DNA of 64,000 bases from Acidiferrobacterales bacterium (GCA_964194625.1 CAXMNC010000230.1:3142-67141), one strand, 5' to 3'; shown: positions 45,888 to 56,433, counted from the first letter of the stretch. A program made the numbers and translations. Notes: generated by a model from the sequence alone, not told the origin.

Positions 45888-46934
45888 ATGATTGACCCCG
45901 AGCTACTCAAGAATCTTATACCGCTGCACAACCTAACGGCGGGCAATCTCGAACGACTTGCTAAGCGATTGCAAGTGGAAAAGCTGCCGACGGGAAGGGT
46001 TATCTTCAATGAAGGTGACACCGATAACGATGCGGTTTATCTACTAGAAGGCGGCGTCGAACTATCATCACACGAAACGACAATGAAACGTGTGGTTCAA
46101 GGCGGTACCGAGGAAGCGTCATACGCCCTGGCGCCGACGCGGCCGCGCCCGTTGACGGCAAAGACAACCACAAAGGCGAAAATCGTCCGCATCGACAATC
46201 ACAAACTTGACCGTGCCGTCGTTCTCGATGAAATGACGGCCACCGTAACCACCATTTGGGGTGCGGCGGGCAATGAGTTCGGTGGCGATACGGTGTGGTT
46301 GGCACAGATGCTTGGTAACAAGATATTTAGCATGCTGCCAAGTGAAAAAATCGCCCCCCTGATGCTGAAGATGCAACCGGTGTCGGTTAAGTCCGGACAT
46401 ATCGTATTCAAGCAGGGCGACCCTGGCGATTATTACTATGTGGTAAAAAAGGGACGATTCAACGTCTCGCATAAAGAAAAGGATGGTAAGGTTAAAATTC
46501 TTAACGAACTGGGGCCCGGCAGTGTTTTCGGTGAACAGTCGCTGATTTCTGGTGATACGCGGAATGCCAGTATTATCGCCATGGGGCCAGGTACCTTGAT
46601 GCGTCTGTCAAAAGCCGATTTTGAGGAGCTGTTGAAGAAACCCCTCCTGAGATACGTTGAAAATAGGGAGGCACGAAAGATGGTTAAGGGCGGCGCCGGT
46701 CTCCTGGATGTTCGGGCTAGCGACGAATACAAAACTGGTGCGTTGAAAGGCAGCAAAAACTTCCCTATCGACCAGTTACGCGATAGAGCTAACGAGCTCG
46801 AGCTTCGCCGCAGATATGTCTTGTGTTGTAAGACGGGTGTTCAAAGCGAGGTTGCAGCCTTTCTGCTAAGGCAGCGTGGATTCGAAGTATTCGTTCTTAA
46901 AGGGGGATTGCAAGCTATTCCCAGGAAGGGCTAA
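45888..46934 (+). CDS. protein with two cyclic nucleotide-binding domains and a C-terminal rhodanese domain
   Basis: Two cNMP-binding patterns (VIFNEGDTDNDAVYLLEGGVEL; IVFKQGDPGDYYYVVKKGRFNV) and a rhodanese block LLDVRASDEYKTG...YVLCCKTGVQS with the active-site Cys. Confidence 0.85.
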   Translation: MIDPELLKNLIPLHNLTAGNLERLAKRLQVEKLPTGRVIFNEGDTDNDAVYLLEGGVELSSHETTMKRVVQGGTEEASYALAPTRPRPLTAKTTTKAKIVRIDNHKLDRAVVLDEMTATVTTIWGAAGNEFGGDTVWLAQMLGNKIFSMLPSEKIAPLMLKMQPVSVKSGHIVFKQGDPGDYYYVVKKGRFNVSHKEKDGKVKILNELGPGSVFGEQSLISGDTRNASIIAMGPGTLMRLSKADFEELLKKPLLRYVENREARKMVKGGAGLLDVRASDEYKTGALKGSKNFPIDQLRDRANELELRRRYVLCCKTGVQSEVAAFLLRQRGFEVFVLKGGLQAIPRKG

Positions 46935-47013
46935 GAGCGCGTATAGTGGGCGTCAGAGATAGCGATGGTGCCTTTATGCAAGCCAAAATAATATCGATAA
47001 TAAGCCGCATTGG

Positions 47014-48033
47014 GTGTTCACGCCGACAAAGAGCAAGGCGCATCTATCCAGATCGGCGTATCGAAATGCGAGAAGAACTGGTGCAACGCCGTGCCGGTCA
47101 GCGTCGCAAAGACGACCGCTAGCATTCCCTGCCTATCAGTCGACCCTGATTCTTACGGTGAATGAGGTGCCCGAGACTCCACTTCGGGTAACGACTAGCC
47201 GCAAGCTTGCTGACGAGTGGGCATTAGTTCTTGTGGCGGAGGGTTTGTCGCCCAGCGTGTGGGAAGGAACGCAGGGCGTTGTTGTCGGTGTGCCACCAGA
47301 AGAGGTCGAACAGGCCACAAACGCTTTGTTGGCTTATGAGAGCGAGAATCCCGTGGCACCGCCGATGCCTACCGAATGGAGGGGTTCGGCGCCGTTATAC
47401 GCAGCACTCGTTTTTTCGATCTTGCTTCTCGATTTTTTCTTTATTACCGATGTCTGGGATTCTGAAATTCGTTGGACTGAAGTCGGTGCCGCGGATGCAG
47501 CGCTGATTGTGCAAGGCGAATGGTGGCGTACGGTCACTGCACTGACGTTGCATGCTGATCTCAAGCACGTTTTAGGCAACGTCATTGCCGGTGCTGTCTT
47601 TTTGCATATCGTATGTCGTGCCATGGGTCCCGGACTTGGCAGTCTTACCGTGCTCGCGGCAGGCGCTGGCGGAAATCTCGTAAATGCATTCTTTTACGGT
47701 TCGCTGCACATTTCCATAGGTGCTTCGACTGCTGTGTTCGGTGCGCTGGGTTTAATGGGGGGCATGGGGGTTGTGCGTCGCCGCCGACATGGCGCGCAAG
47801 GGCGACACGTATGGGTGCCGATAGTCGCGGCTTTGGCAATACTCGCCATGCTGGGCACGGCGGGCGAACGGGTGGATCTCTTGGGGCACCTGTTCGGATT
47901 TTTGGTCGGTGGCGGGTTAGGTATCGTCGTTGGGATCATGGTGTTGCGACCACCAGAGGGCCGTATTCAGTGGGCCCTCGTTTGCACAACAATCATGCTA
48001 ATCGGCGTATGTTGGGGATTTGCACTGGGCTGA
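47014..48033 (+). CDS. rhomboid family intramembrane serine protease
   Basis: WWRTVTALTLHAD ... GASTAVFGALG (GxSxxxF) ... HLFGFLVGG, with a cytoplasmic N-terminal domain. GTG start; the start is uncertain. Confidence 0.85.
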   Translation: MFTPTKSKAHLSRSAYRNARRTGATPCRSASQRRPLAFPAYQSTLILTVNEVPETPLRVTTSRKLADEWALVLVAEGLSPSVWEGTQGVVVGVPPEEVEQATNALLAYESENPVAPPMPTEWRGSAPLYAALVFSILLLDFFFITDVWDSEIRWTEVGAADAALIVQGEWWRTVTALTLHADLKHVLGNVIAGAVFLHIVCRAMGPGLGSLTVLAAGAGGNLVNAFFYGSLHISIGASTAVFGALGLMGGMGVVRRRRHGAQGRHVWVPIVAALAILAMLGTAGERVDLLGHLFGFLVGGGLGIVVGIMVLRPPEGRIQWALVCTTIMLIGVCWGFALG

Positions 48034-48051
48034 GAAATATAGTACCAAACA

Positions 48052-48849
48052 TCAAGATGCCGCTGGTATTGCTTGGTAATAACCGTTCACCGCCACCAGT
48101 TGGATCGGCGTCTCGAACAGCTCACTAAGGTTCTCGTCCGTCAGTATCTGTTGTTTATCCCCTTGAGCAATAATTTGTCCACGCTTAATCAGTACTACTT
48201 GCGTGACTTCGGGTGGGATGTCATGTAAGTGGTGGGTAATGAGAATCACGGTATTGCCGGTCTGCATAAGTTTTCGCACGATATTGAGGTATGTGAAGGT
48301 ACCCTTGAGATCGAGACTGGTTGTTGGTTCATCAAGTACCAGTGTATGGGGCTTGTTGACGAGCGCGCGAGCTAGTAGCAGTCGCCGCTGTTCGCCGGTC
48401 GACATTGCGGCAAATAGTTTGTCCTGAAGACTTTCAATCTCTAGCTGGTTCATAATCTGTTGCGCTTGTTGGATCTGTTCGGGGCTGAAGTTTTGGTATC
48501 GGTATGTGCCAACGCTGGAATAATAGCCAGACAGCGCAACGTCGATTCCACGCACATGGCCCGCATATTGATGCTGCAGGTCGTAACTAACTATTCCAAG
48601 ATGTGAGCGCAAGTCCCATACGTTCCACCTTTCGCGGCCAAGGATACGGACATACGAGCTATCACTGTAAGTTGGATAGAGCTCTTGTGACAACAACTTT
48701 AGTAAAGTTGTTTTGCCTGCCCCATTGGGACCGATAATGGCAGTGTTGTTTCCTTTAATGATTTCCAGCGATAGGTTTTCGAACACCTTCGCGCTGCCAC
48801 GGTAGACGGTGGCGTTTCTTATTTCTATGATCTTTTCTGTCACAATCAC
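48052..48849 (-). CDS. ABC transporter ATP-binding protein, orphan (ModF-like)
   Basis: Walker A GPNGAGKTT, signature MSTGEQRRLLLA, Walker B LVLDEP. No adjacent permease gene. Confidence 0.88.
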   Translation of the reverse strand: MIVTEKIIEIRNATVYRGSAKVFENLSLEIIKGNNTAIIGPNGAGKTTLLKLLSQELYPTYSDSSYVRILGRERWNVWDLRSHLGIVSYDLQHQYAGHVRGIDVALSGYYSSVGTYRYQNFSPEQIQQAQQIMNQLEIESLQDKLFAAMSTGEQRRLLLARALVNKPHTLVLDEPTTSLDLKGTFTYLNIVRKLMQTGNTVILITHHLHDIPPEVTQVVLIKRGQIIAQGDKQQILTDENLSELFETPIQLVAVNGYYQAIPAAS

Positions 48850-49006
48850 AGGTGTTTCATTGCCAAAATAAAACTGAAATGGTCAGATACTATTTTCATC
48901 GCGGCGGGTCAAGCGGTAGTAGAAAACGGCGTAGGGGGGCCTAAATACGTGCGAGACTGCCGCCTAATGGATTAAACTTGAGATTCTCCGGGAGAGGATG
49001 CAAAAC

Positions 49007-49447
49007 ATGGAATATCTACACACAATGGTGAGAGTTAACGATATTGATAAGTCGCTAGACTTTTACTGCGACAAATTAGGGCTAGTCGAAATTAGCCGAC
49101 ACGACAGCGAGCAAGGTAGATTCACATTGATCTTCCTGGCCGCGCCTGGTGATGTCGAGCAAGCCAAAGCGAAGCGCGCACCCCTGGTGGAGTTGACGTA
49201 CAATTGGGACCCTGAGGAATATACAGGGGGTCGCAATTTCGGACATCTTGCCTACCGGGTTGACGACATCTACGAAACCTGTCAGCGGTTAATGGACGGC
49301 GGGGTTACGATCAATAGACCGCCACGTGATGGACACATGGCGTTTGTGAGATCGCCGGATAACATATCGATTGAACTCCTGCAGCAGGGTGATGCACTAG
49401 AGCCCAAAGAGCCCTGGGCTTCCATGCCCAATACTAGGGAGTGGTGA
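49007..49447 (+). CDS. gloA: lactoylglutathione lyase (glyoxalase I)
   Basis: [25 protein letters not shown] ... LELTYNW ... GHLAY ... ISIELLQ, the typical GloA pattern. Confidence 0.9.
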   Translation: MEYLHTMVRVNDIDKSLDFYCDKLGLVEISRHDSEQGRFTLIFLAAPGDVEQAKAKRAPLVELTYNWDPEEYTGGRNFGHLAYRVDDIYETCQRLMDGGVTINRPPRDGHMAFVRSPDNISIELLQQGDALEPKEPWASMPNTREW

Positions 49448-49471
49448 TTTGCAACCGCGAAAGACGAACCT

Positions 49472-50287
49472 ATGAACAAGAACACTCGTGATTCAGTTAA
49501 GGCCTACCAAAACAGTGATTTTCTAAACAGCAGCGATGCGAGGGAGCTACGAATCCTTGCCGAGTACCGGGAGCCAGAAAGTCGTTTCGCACGCTATCAA
49601 GTGGATGACACCATTGTATTCTTTGGTTCGGCACGCCTTGTCTCGCGCGAGCAGGCGGAAGAGGAACTGAAGAATGCCAAGAATGGAGACGGCGATATTG
49701 AGCAGGCTAAGGTGCGGCTTGAAATGTCAACGTACTATGAAGCCGCCCGCGAGATGGCTCATCGGTTGACAGAGTGGTCCAAACAGCTGGTTGACGATGA
49801 TCGTCGTTTCGTTGTGTGTACGGGAGGCGGCCCAGGCATTATGGAGGCAGCGAACCGCGGAGCATCTGAAGCTAAGGGGCTCAACGTTGGCCTTACCATC
49901 TCACTCCCAACCGAGGAGACTGGCAACTCGTATATTACGCGCGAACTCTGTTTTAACTTCCATTATTTTTTCATGCGTAAATTCTGGTTTGCCTATCTAG
50001 CTAAGGCGGTCATCGTTTTCCCGGGCGGTTTCGGTACACTCGACGAGTTATTCGAACTCTTGACGTTGTTACAGACGAAAAAAATTCGCAAACACCTTCC
50101 CATCGTACTGTTTGGCACGAAATATTGGGACGAAGTAATCAATTTCGATGCACTGATTCGCCATGGCAATATCAGCGCGGATGACATTAACTTGCTCCAC
50201 CGCACGGATTCAGTCGATGAGGCATGCGAGTTTGTGATCAGTGAACTTAGGCAGTATGCTTTGGAAGAACGAGGTGCCATCCTCTAA
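49472..50287 (+). CDS. LOG family / TIGR00730 Rossmann-fold nucleotide-binding protein
   Basis: TGGGPGIMEAANRG and PGGFGTLDELFE motifs. Confidence 0.88.
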   Translation: MNKNTRDSVKAYQNSDFLNSSDARELRILAEYREPESRFARYQVDDTIVFFGSARLVSREQAEEELKNAKNGDGDIEQAKVRLEMSTYYEAAREMAHRLTEWSKQLVDDDRRFVVCTGGGPGIMEAANRGASEAKGLNVGLTISLPTEETGNSYITRELCFNFHYFFMRKFWFAYLAKAVIVFPGGFGTLDELFELLTLLQTKKIRKHLPIVLFGTKYWDEVINFDALIRHGNISADDINLLHRTDSVDEACEFVISELRQYALEERGAIL

Positions 50288-50434
50288 TACGTACTAGTTT
50301 TGTGTCGAAGCTCCATCTGTCGTCGCTATCCTCCGTTCTGTCAGAACCACTTCCCATGCACGTTGTCTAATTTCTCGAGCAATGCAAGAATCGACTTCGG
50401 CACAGATCGGTGTTTCTCAAAGGAGGATGAGCCA

Positions 50435-50683
50435 ATGAAAGCTCTACTTGCAACGCTAGCCCTAGCCGGGGCGTTACTGATAGTGCCGGCTTATGCTTTT
50501 TAGTGCCCGGCTGATATGGCGACGATTGACGCAGCATTACAGGCAGGAATCAATCTGAGCACAGCGCAGTTAGCAGAAGTGAAAAGGCTGCGCGAGGAAG
50601 GCGAGCGGTTACACAAAACCGGGAACCATGGTGAGTCAGTAAAGGTTTTGGGTGAGGCAAGGGGCATCTTTGGTATCAACTAA
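50435..50683 (+). pseudogene. small exported protein gene interrupted by an in-frame amber codon
   Basis: AGGAGGA, then ATG 50435 and signal peptide MKALLATLALAGALLIVPAYAF, then TAG (50501-50503). The same frame continues CPADMATIDAALQAGINLSTAQLAEVKRLREEGERLHKTGNHGESVKVLGEARGIFGIN to TAA at 50683. Confidence 0.5.
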
Positions 50684-50906
50684 GAGTATCTCTAGATTTT
50701 TTTGTTTGAGGCCCGGTTCTACCGAGCCTTGTCGTGTGTGCGTACCAAAAATCTTGGCTATGGGCCTATGTCGCGCTTAGTTCAAACGCCGTAGAAGCAT
50801 TGTTTGAATGAGACATCGAACCTAGCGACATACATTCAGCCTATGCTTACGAATAGCTGTCTACGCTGGTCGACGTGCGCCGCTTACGAGCTTTCAGCTC
50901 CTATCT

Positions 50907-51743
50907 TTAAGATTGTACGGTCGGGACCCAGGCGGTGGTGCGCCCAGAAATAATGGTGTGTGCAATCCTCTCACCGCGGGCGGTAGCGGCGTCTTCGCAC
51001 TTGCCCCACCGTTCGTGAAACAACCAGTGGCGTGGGTAGCAGGTACTATCCGCATTAGCTCTGACCGCAATTCTGATCACCGATTTCAGTGCCCGGTGAA
51101 GCCGCCTGACTTCTTCATGGCTCAACGAATGGGCGCGCCGGCGTGGATCAATACCTGCCTGGTATAGCACTTCATCCGCAATCCAGTTGCCAACCCCGGC
51201 GGAGAAACTCTGATCTAAAAGCAGGGACTTAATGATCGCACTACGCCGCTGGAGCATTTTTTCGAAACTGCGCGTGGTGGGCGGATTGAGCAACGGGTCG
51301 AAGCCGAGTTTGTTTAAAGGCGACTCATTTAATGGGTCTTTCCGTAGAAGGATACGGCCCAATCGGCGGGCGTTAGTCATGACAAGTTCGCCACCATCGT
51401 CAAAAAAAAGATGAATCTTTGTGAATCGTGGTGGCCATGTCAGATTAGCTGTCTTTGGTCCCGACTTGAGCTGTAAGGGGAGTGCGGCCGGTGTGTGAAA
51501 TGCGCTGGTCATACCAAAATGAAACAAGGGGTGGGGTGGGCGGGCGAGCTCGAACCACAAGAATTTACCGTGACGTCGTACTGCCAACACCTCGTTGGAT
51601 TTTAGCGCGCGCTGAAATTTGACGGGGGCGATGTTCTGAAAGACAATCGTATCTCGAGCGCAGCGTACCTGGATTATGGTTCGCCCTTGCGCTACCGATG
51701 CTGCCAATCTTCGACCGCGTTCTACTTCCGGTAGTTCCGGCAT
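50907..51743 (-). CDS. Fpg/Nei family DNA glycosylase, zincless-finger type
   Basis: N-terminal MPELPEVE catalytic motif and H2TH region (LLLDQSFSAGVGNWIADEVLYQAGI). There is no CxxC...CxxC zinc finger at the C-terminus. Confidence 0.85.
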   Translation of the reverse strand: MPELPEVERGRRLAASVAQGRTIIQVRCARDTIVFQNIAPVKFQRALKSNEVLAVRRHGKFLWFELARPPHPLFHFGMTSAFHTPAALPLQLKSGPKTANLTWPPRFTKIHLFFDDGGELVMTNARRLGRILLRKDPLNESPLNKLGFDPLLNPPTTRSFEKMLQRRSAIIKSLLLDQSFSAGVGNWIADEVLYQAGIDPRRRAHSLSHEEVRRLHRALKSVIRIAVRANADSTCYPRHWLFHERWGKCEDAATARGERIAHTIISGRTTAWVPTVQS

Positions 51744-51758
51744 ATATTGACGTTATAC

Positions 51759-52670
51759 CTAATTTGCCTCCGCACTTGCCAGCCGGCTACGTTCGCTTTC
51801 CTGCAACAACCACTCTCGGAACGCAACGACCTTCGGCCGGCCGGCGATAGACTCTGGGCAAACCAGGTAGTACGCAAATTCCACCGGCAGGCTGAGTTCA
51901 AACGGGCGCACGAGGTGACCGCTGCCCAGATCGTCTGCCACTAGGGCGCCACGTGCTAGGGCCACACCATGACCGGCCACGGCCGCTTGGATGAGCATGC
52001 TTGAATCGGTAAATACGGGTCCGCGCGTTGGATCCACTGCTTCCACGTTTGCTGCCAGTAACCACGTGCGCCAATCACCATGGTCATCATCATGCAACAG
52101 GATATGTGCCTTAAGATCCTTCGGCTTCTTTAGCGGTGTCGGTCCTCGCAAGAGTGCCAGACTACAGACGGGGAAGATGTCTTCAGTCATGAGCCGGTCA
52201 ACCCGAAGACCCGGGTATCGACCTCGACCATAACGGATACCGACATCGACATCTTCTCTCGCGAAATTGACAAGGTCAGCCGACGGGGCGATGCGAACGT
52301 CAATCTCAGGGTGGGCGGCGATGAAACGACCGAGCCGCGGCACTAGCCACCGAGCTGCGAACGAAGGCAATACTGAGATCGTAAGTTTACCGCGGGCATC
52401 ATGATCACTAAGCCGGTTAGTGGCTTCGTATAGCTGATCAAAGATTCGTCGCACTGGTGGTAGGTAGCTTTGCCCCTCGTCGGTCAATACCAGGGCGCGG
52501 TTGAGACGCCGAAATAGCTTGAGCCCTAGATACGTCTCCAGCGATTTAACTTGGTGACTGATGGCGGCCTGGGTGACGTGCAGCTCTTCCGCCGCCTCGG
52601 TGAAACTCAGGTGGCGGGCCGCGGCCTCGAACGCGCGTACGGCATTGAGGGGTGGAAGTCGACGAGCCAT
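51759..52670 (-). CDS. LysR family transcriptional regulator (GcvA/AmpR-like)
   Basis: LPPLNAVRAFEAAARHLSFTEAAEELHVTQAAISHQVKSLE HTH; 303 aa. Confidence 0.92.
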   Translation of the reverse strand: MARRLPPLNAVRAFEAAARHLSFTEAAEELHVTQAAISHQVKSLETYLGLKLFRRLNRALVLTDEGQSYLPPVRRIFDQLYEATNRLSDHDARGKLTISVLPSFAARWLVPRLGRFIAAHPEIDVRIAPSADLVNFAREDVDVGIRYGRGRYPGLRVDRLMTEDIFPVCSLALLRGPTPLKKPKDLKAHILLHDDDHGDWRTWLLAANVEAVDPTRGPVFTDSSMLIQAAVAGHGVALARGALVADDLGSGHLVRPFELSLPVEFAYYLVCPESIAGRPKVVAFREWLLQESERSRLASAEAN

Positions 52671-52824
52671 CGATCAGATTCGGATAAGAATTACTAATCT
52701 AAAAGTGCAAAAATTATCGTTTGTGCGGCTCCGATTTTATCGCTATTTTTAGGCTGTCTACGGCCAATTATGGTCGAGTTTTTCAAGAATGCACACACGA
52801 CTCATTCGCATAAGGAGAATACAG

Positions 52825-53061
52825 ATGAATACGACAACCTGCAAGCCTGACGAGGTGGTATCGGCTGAGCTCGTCCTCGTCGGACTCGGTGGCGTGGCAC
52901 GTAACTGGATCCAGAATGGCGTAGCGATCGCCTTTGGGTGGTGGGATCGAGCCCGTCAGCGCCACCACCTACTGCAACTGGATGATCGCCTGCTCAAGGA
53001 TGTTGGACTGACGCGGGCCGGTGTCGAGCGAGAGGTAGCCAAACCGTTTTGGAAGTGCTGA
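52825..53061 (+). CDS. DUF1127 domain protein
   Basis: AAGGAG precedes ATG 52825. The C-terminal LLQLDDRLLKDVGLTRAGVEREVAKPFW is the DUF1127 signature. Confidence 0.75.
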   Translation: MNTTTCKPDEVVSAELVLVGLGGVARNWIQNGVAIAFGWWDRARQRHHLLQLDDRLLKDVGLTRAGVEREVAKPFWKC

Positions 53062-53137
53062 CGTTAGCAGTCGCGCCGCTAATGGCGCATCCGTCGAAAA
53101 GCCGAGTCGGCTGGGGCCGACTCGGCCGATAGCATAG

Positions 53138-53929
53138 CTACCAGCTGTTTCGTAGCTGGCGTAGCTTTAGGAATACGGTCTTAGCGTCCAACTCATCCGG
53201 GAGATCCGGAAACTTTTCCCGAAGCGCGGCAATGACACTGGGGCGGTGAAGGCGAAAGAATGTGTTGATCTCCTTTTCCAATCCCAATGAGGTAACCAAC
53301 GCTTGGTTTGGATCTTGATCACGCGCTTCCTCGAGCAGGGTTGCCGCCTTTTTGTTGTCAGGTTCGCGGTCTAGCGTGAACGCGAGATTGTTGCTGAGAT
53401 AGTCATGACCCGGATAGACAAGTGTGTCGTCTGGTAGATGGGCGAGTTGCTCGGTGAAGGTATCGTACAATTGATGCGGATGACCGCCATTGTGGCAATT
53501 GCCGGCACCGGCGTTGAAAAGTGTGTCACCACAAAACAGGGCCGGTGTATCAGTATGTGAGAGCAGACAGATATGACTCATCGTGTGTCCAGGTGTGTCT
53601 AGTGATTCCAGCTCCACCGTTTTCCCAACCTTTATTACGTCACCCGCACCGAGGCCACGGTCGATACCAGGGATGCTATTTTTGGCGCCCTTATGGGCAA
53701 GCAACTTCGCGCTGGTAGCGGCAATCATGGCGCGATTTCCACCAGTGTGGTCGCCGTGCTCATGGGTGTTCAGAATCTGTGTGATCTCCCAGCCTTTACG
53801 CTTGGCAGCGGCCAGACACTTTGTGTAATCGAGCGGATCGACAGCAAGCGCCTCACCCGTCTCTGGACAGGCGATCAGATAGTTGAAGTTGCGATAAGCA
53901 TTACCGGTCCAGATTTGTTCGACGATCAA
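53138..53929 (-). CDS. gloB: hydroxyacylglutathione hydrolase (glyoxalase II, MBL fold)
   Basis: THEHGDHTGGN metal motif, TPGHTMSH, and a GloB-like C-terminus. Confidence 0.9.
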   Translation of the reverse strand: MIVEQIWTGNAYRNFNYLIACPETGEALAVDPLDYTKCLAAAKRKGWEITQILNTHEHGDHTGGNRAMIAATSAKLLAHKGAKNSIPGIDRGLGAGDVIKVGKTVELESLDTPGHTMSHICLLSHTDTPALFCGDTLFNAGAGNCHNGGHPHQLYDTFTEQLAHLPDDTLVYPGHDYLSNNLAFTLDREPDNKKAATLLEEARDQDPNQALVTSLGLEKEINTFFRLHRPSVIAALREKFPDLPDELDAKTVFLKLRQLRNSW

Positions 53930-54006
53930 GGTGGTCTCCGCGGTCGTGGGGTGGTGGCCGAATTCTATCGTGATACGGTGCAGTCGTCACTGCCACTTGC
54001 TAGTGG

Positions 54007-55398
54007 CTATGAAATCTCAGCTAAGACTTCCCGTACCGACGCGATGGCCCGATCGACATCGCGATCGGTCGTGCGCCAGTTGCACACCGACACCCGCATG
54101 ACCCGTTTGTTCTGCCAAGTGGTACCGCCGAACCAAGCGATACCCTTGGCCTGAATTCCTTCGATTATGCGGTCAGTGTGCCGATCATGATCTGCGTCCA
54201 GGGACAGAAAACGCACCAGTCCCTGATTGATCTTTGGTGTAACCACCAGTTCGGCTCCCGGCAACGTGCTGATTTCGGTTACCAATCGATGGGCGTGGTC
54301 GCAGCACTGTTCTACCAACTGCGCGATACCAGTGCGTCCTAAAGACTTGATCGCGGCGTAGGCAGGGAACCCGCGGCCGCGGCGCGACCATTCAGGGGTC
54401 CAATCGACCTGATCGCGCGCATCTCCAACGCTAATGCGATAGCTGGCACTTTGCGACATCGCCGCACGATGTGCAGCTGGGTGGGCGACAAACGCGAATC
54501 CAGAATCAAATGGGACGTTTAGCCACTTGTGTCCGTCGGTGACCCACGAATCTGCCTGCTCTGCGCCAGACAGCAGATGGCGCAATCGATCGCTGCTAGC
54601 TACCCACAGACCGAAAGCCCCATCGATGTGAACCCAGGCGCCATGGGAATGAGCAATATCGCAGGCCTCTGGAAATGGGTCGAAACCCCCGGTGTGTATA
54701 TCACCCGCTTGTAAGCAAACGATGGTTGGGGTATCAGCCGCATTCTGGAGCGTGGCCGCGAGGTCTGTCATCCGCATCTGCCCGTCCGCTTCACAGCCAA
54801 CGAGCTCGATTGCCGCCTCGCCAATCCCCAAGAACTTGACGGCCCGAATGAGTGATTCGTGCCGACGTTCGCTGGTGAGCACGCGTAGTGGGGTTGATCC
54901 AGCTAGGCCATTGGTTTCAACATCCCAACCGCGATCCGCCAGTAGCTTATGGCGGGCCGCTGCTAGCGCCGTCGCGTGCGCCATTTGACAGCCGGTGACG
55001 AGCGCAAATGATGCTGAGGCTGGGATCCCGAGTAATTGCTTAAGCCATTGCCCGCATACTTCTTCAACCACTGCTTCTGCCGGTCCGCATGCATAGATGG
55101 CTGCATTTTGATCCCAGATCGTCGTCAGCCAGTCGGCGGCAAGGGCGGCCGGGAGCGAGCCGCCAATAACCCAGCCAAAGAAACGCCCACTCGTAGAGCC
55201 GAGCAATCCCGTCTCGACATCGTTGACGAGGGCATCAATGATTTGGTCTGCTGGGATGCCTGTTTCTGGGAGTGGTTTAACGAACGCAGCTCGTAATTCG
55301 GCAAGACTAGCGGTCGGGGCGATAGGGCGGTCATCTAGGCTAGCAAGGTAATCAAGGGCGTGATCCGTGGTTCGTCTAAGAAGCGGGGCGATGGGCAT
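54007..55398 (-). CDS. pyridoxal-dependent decarboxylase (group II)
   Basis: 463 aa with the PLP-lysine context DGHKWLNVP and fold-type I layout. Confidence 0.85.
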   Translation of the reverse strand: MPIAPLLRRTTDHALDYLASLDDRPIAPTASLAELRAAFVKPLPETGIPADQIIDALVNDVETGLLGSTSGRFFGWVIGGSLPAALAADWLTTIWDQNAAIYACGPAEAVVEEVCGQWLKQLLGIPASASFALVTGCQMAHATALAAARHKLLADRGWDVETNGLAGSTPLRVLTSERRHESLIRAVKFLGIGEAAIELVGCEADGQMRMTDLAATLQNAADTPTIVCLQAGDIHTGGFDPFPEACDIAHSHGAWVHIDGAFGLWVASSDRLRHLLSGAEQADSWVTDGHKWLNVPFDSGFAFVAHPAAHRAAMSQSASYRISVGDARDQVDWTPEWSRRGRGFPAYAAIKSLGRTGIAQLVEQCCDHAHRLVTEISTLPGAELVVTPKINQGLVRFLSLDADHDRHTDRIIEGIQAKGIAWFGGTTWQNKRVMRVSVCNWRTTDRDVDRAIASVREVLAEIS

Positions 55399-55511
55399 GA
55401 AGTATTTCCTCGGTTAAGTCGCCGTTTCTGGATTCATACACCAGTTAACGTAGGATCAAACCGAAGGTCAACCCGATTGTTGCTAACGATTCGAAAGAGG
55501 CGTGAGGGTAG

Positions 55512-56087
55512 TTAGTTGGCCAAACCCAACTCTTGCTTGAGGTGGCGCACACAGGTATTGAACGCGCTCTGCCCGGCTACCCGGGCGATTTGAAGCGCAC
55601 CCTGTAAGGTGGCAGCAATCAGAATTGCCTGTTCCTCGGCCGATCCCTCGAAATGGAGCAGTTCCTGTTCACGACCTTCCTCTAGGGCGATGGCGAGCCA
55701 CGCGCGCATCTGCTGGTCGAGCGCGACGACTTCAAACTGCATCTCCTCCGGCAGCGTGTTGAACTCGACCTCCAGCGCGCCCAAGGGGCAGACTTTGCCA
55801 CCATCGCGCAGGTAGCGCCAGGGGAGTGTCAGATAGGCCTCAAACTTGAGCACTGGGGATGCTTCACCGGCCTCGAGAAGCTCAGTATATTGCTGAAACC
55901 GGGCACGACAGCGCTCGATTAAGGCGACACCTAGATTGGTTTTGGTGGGAAAGTGATAGTGGATCGCCGCGTTTTTGACCCCGAGCGGCTGCGCAATATG
56001 ATTGTAGCTAAAGGCGTTGAAGCCGCGGTCTTGCAGTAATGCTTCAGCCGCGTCGAGGATCTGTGTTTTCGTATCGGCTTGTGCCAT
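55512..56087 (-). CDS. TetR/AcrR family transcriptional regulator
   Basis: N-terminal HTH ILDAAEALLQDRGFNAFSYNHIAQPLGVKNAAIHYHF. Confidence 0.9.
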   Translation of the reverse strand: MAQADTKTQILDAAEALLQDRGFNAFSYNHIAQPLGVKNAAIHYHFPTKTNLGVALIERCRARFQQYTELLEAGEASPVLKFEAYLTLPWRYLRDGGKVCPLGALEVEFNTLPEEMQFEVVALDQQMRAWLAIALEEGREQELLHFEGSAEEQAILIAATLQGALQIARVAGQSAFNTCVRHLKQELGLAN

Positions 56088-56433
56088 AGACCGCCACCCG
56101 AAAAAACCTACCTACAGGTAAGTAATGAGTAGTAACCAGTGACACGCTTGTCAAGCTTGTGTTAACTGGGCAAACGCTGAGGATGCTGTCAAACTGTTTG
56201 GATGTAGGTCATAGAGATGCGGTGAGCGTTTGGAAATGTCAAAAACAAAGAACAATCGCGCTAAGAGGCCAAAGAAACCGAAGCCAGCAGGTCCTAGCAC
56301 GCGCAATATGCAGTCAGCCGCGCAGACCCGCAAGGTTCTTGGCAAGCATTACGCCAATAAGTACAGAGTGAGCTAGCTGAATTTGAAATAGCACCAGGAA
56401 GGTGCTGATGGTCGGTTGGAGCGTTTGCGGTCG

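Noticed and set aside
45380-46021. 213-aa minus-strand ORF as a single gene
   Set aside because: Only its C-terminal part is real coding sequence, belonging to the Fer4_19 domain of the decayed iron-sulfur gene. The N-terminal part runs antisense into the start region of the cNMP/rhodanese gene and has no protein-like features.
56100-56125. TetR operator (TACCT-AC-AGGTA) upstream of the TetR gene
   Set aside because: The arms are only 5 bp, so the match is easily due to chance.
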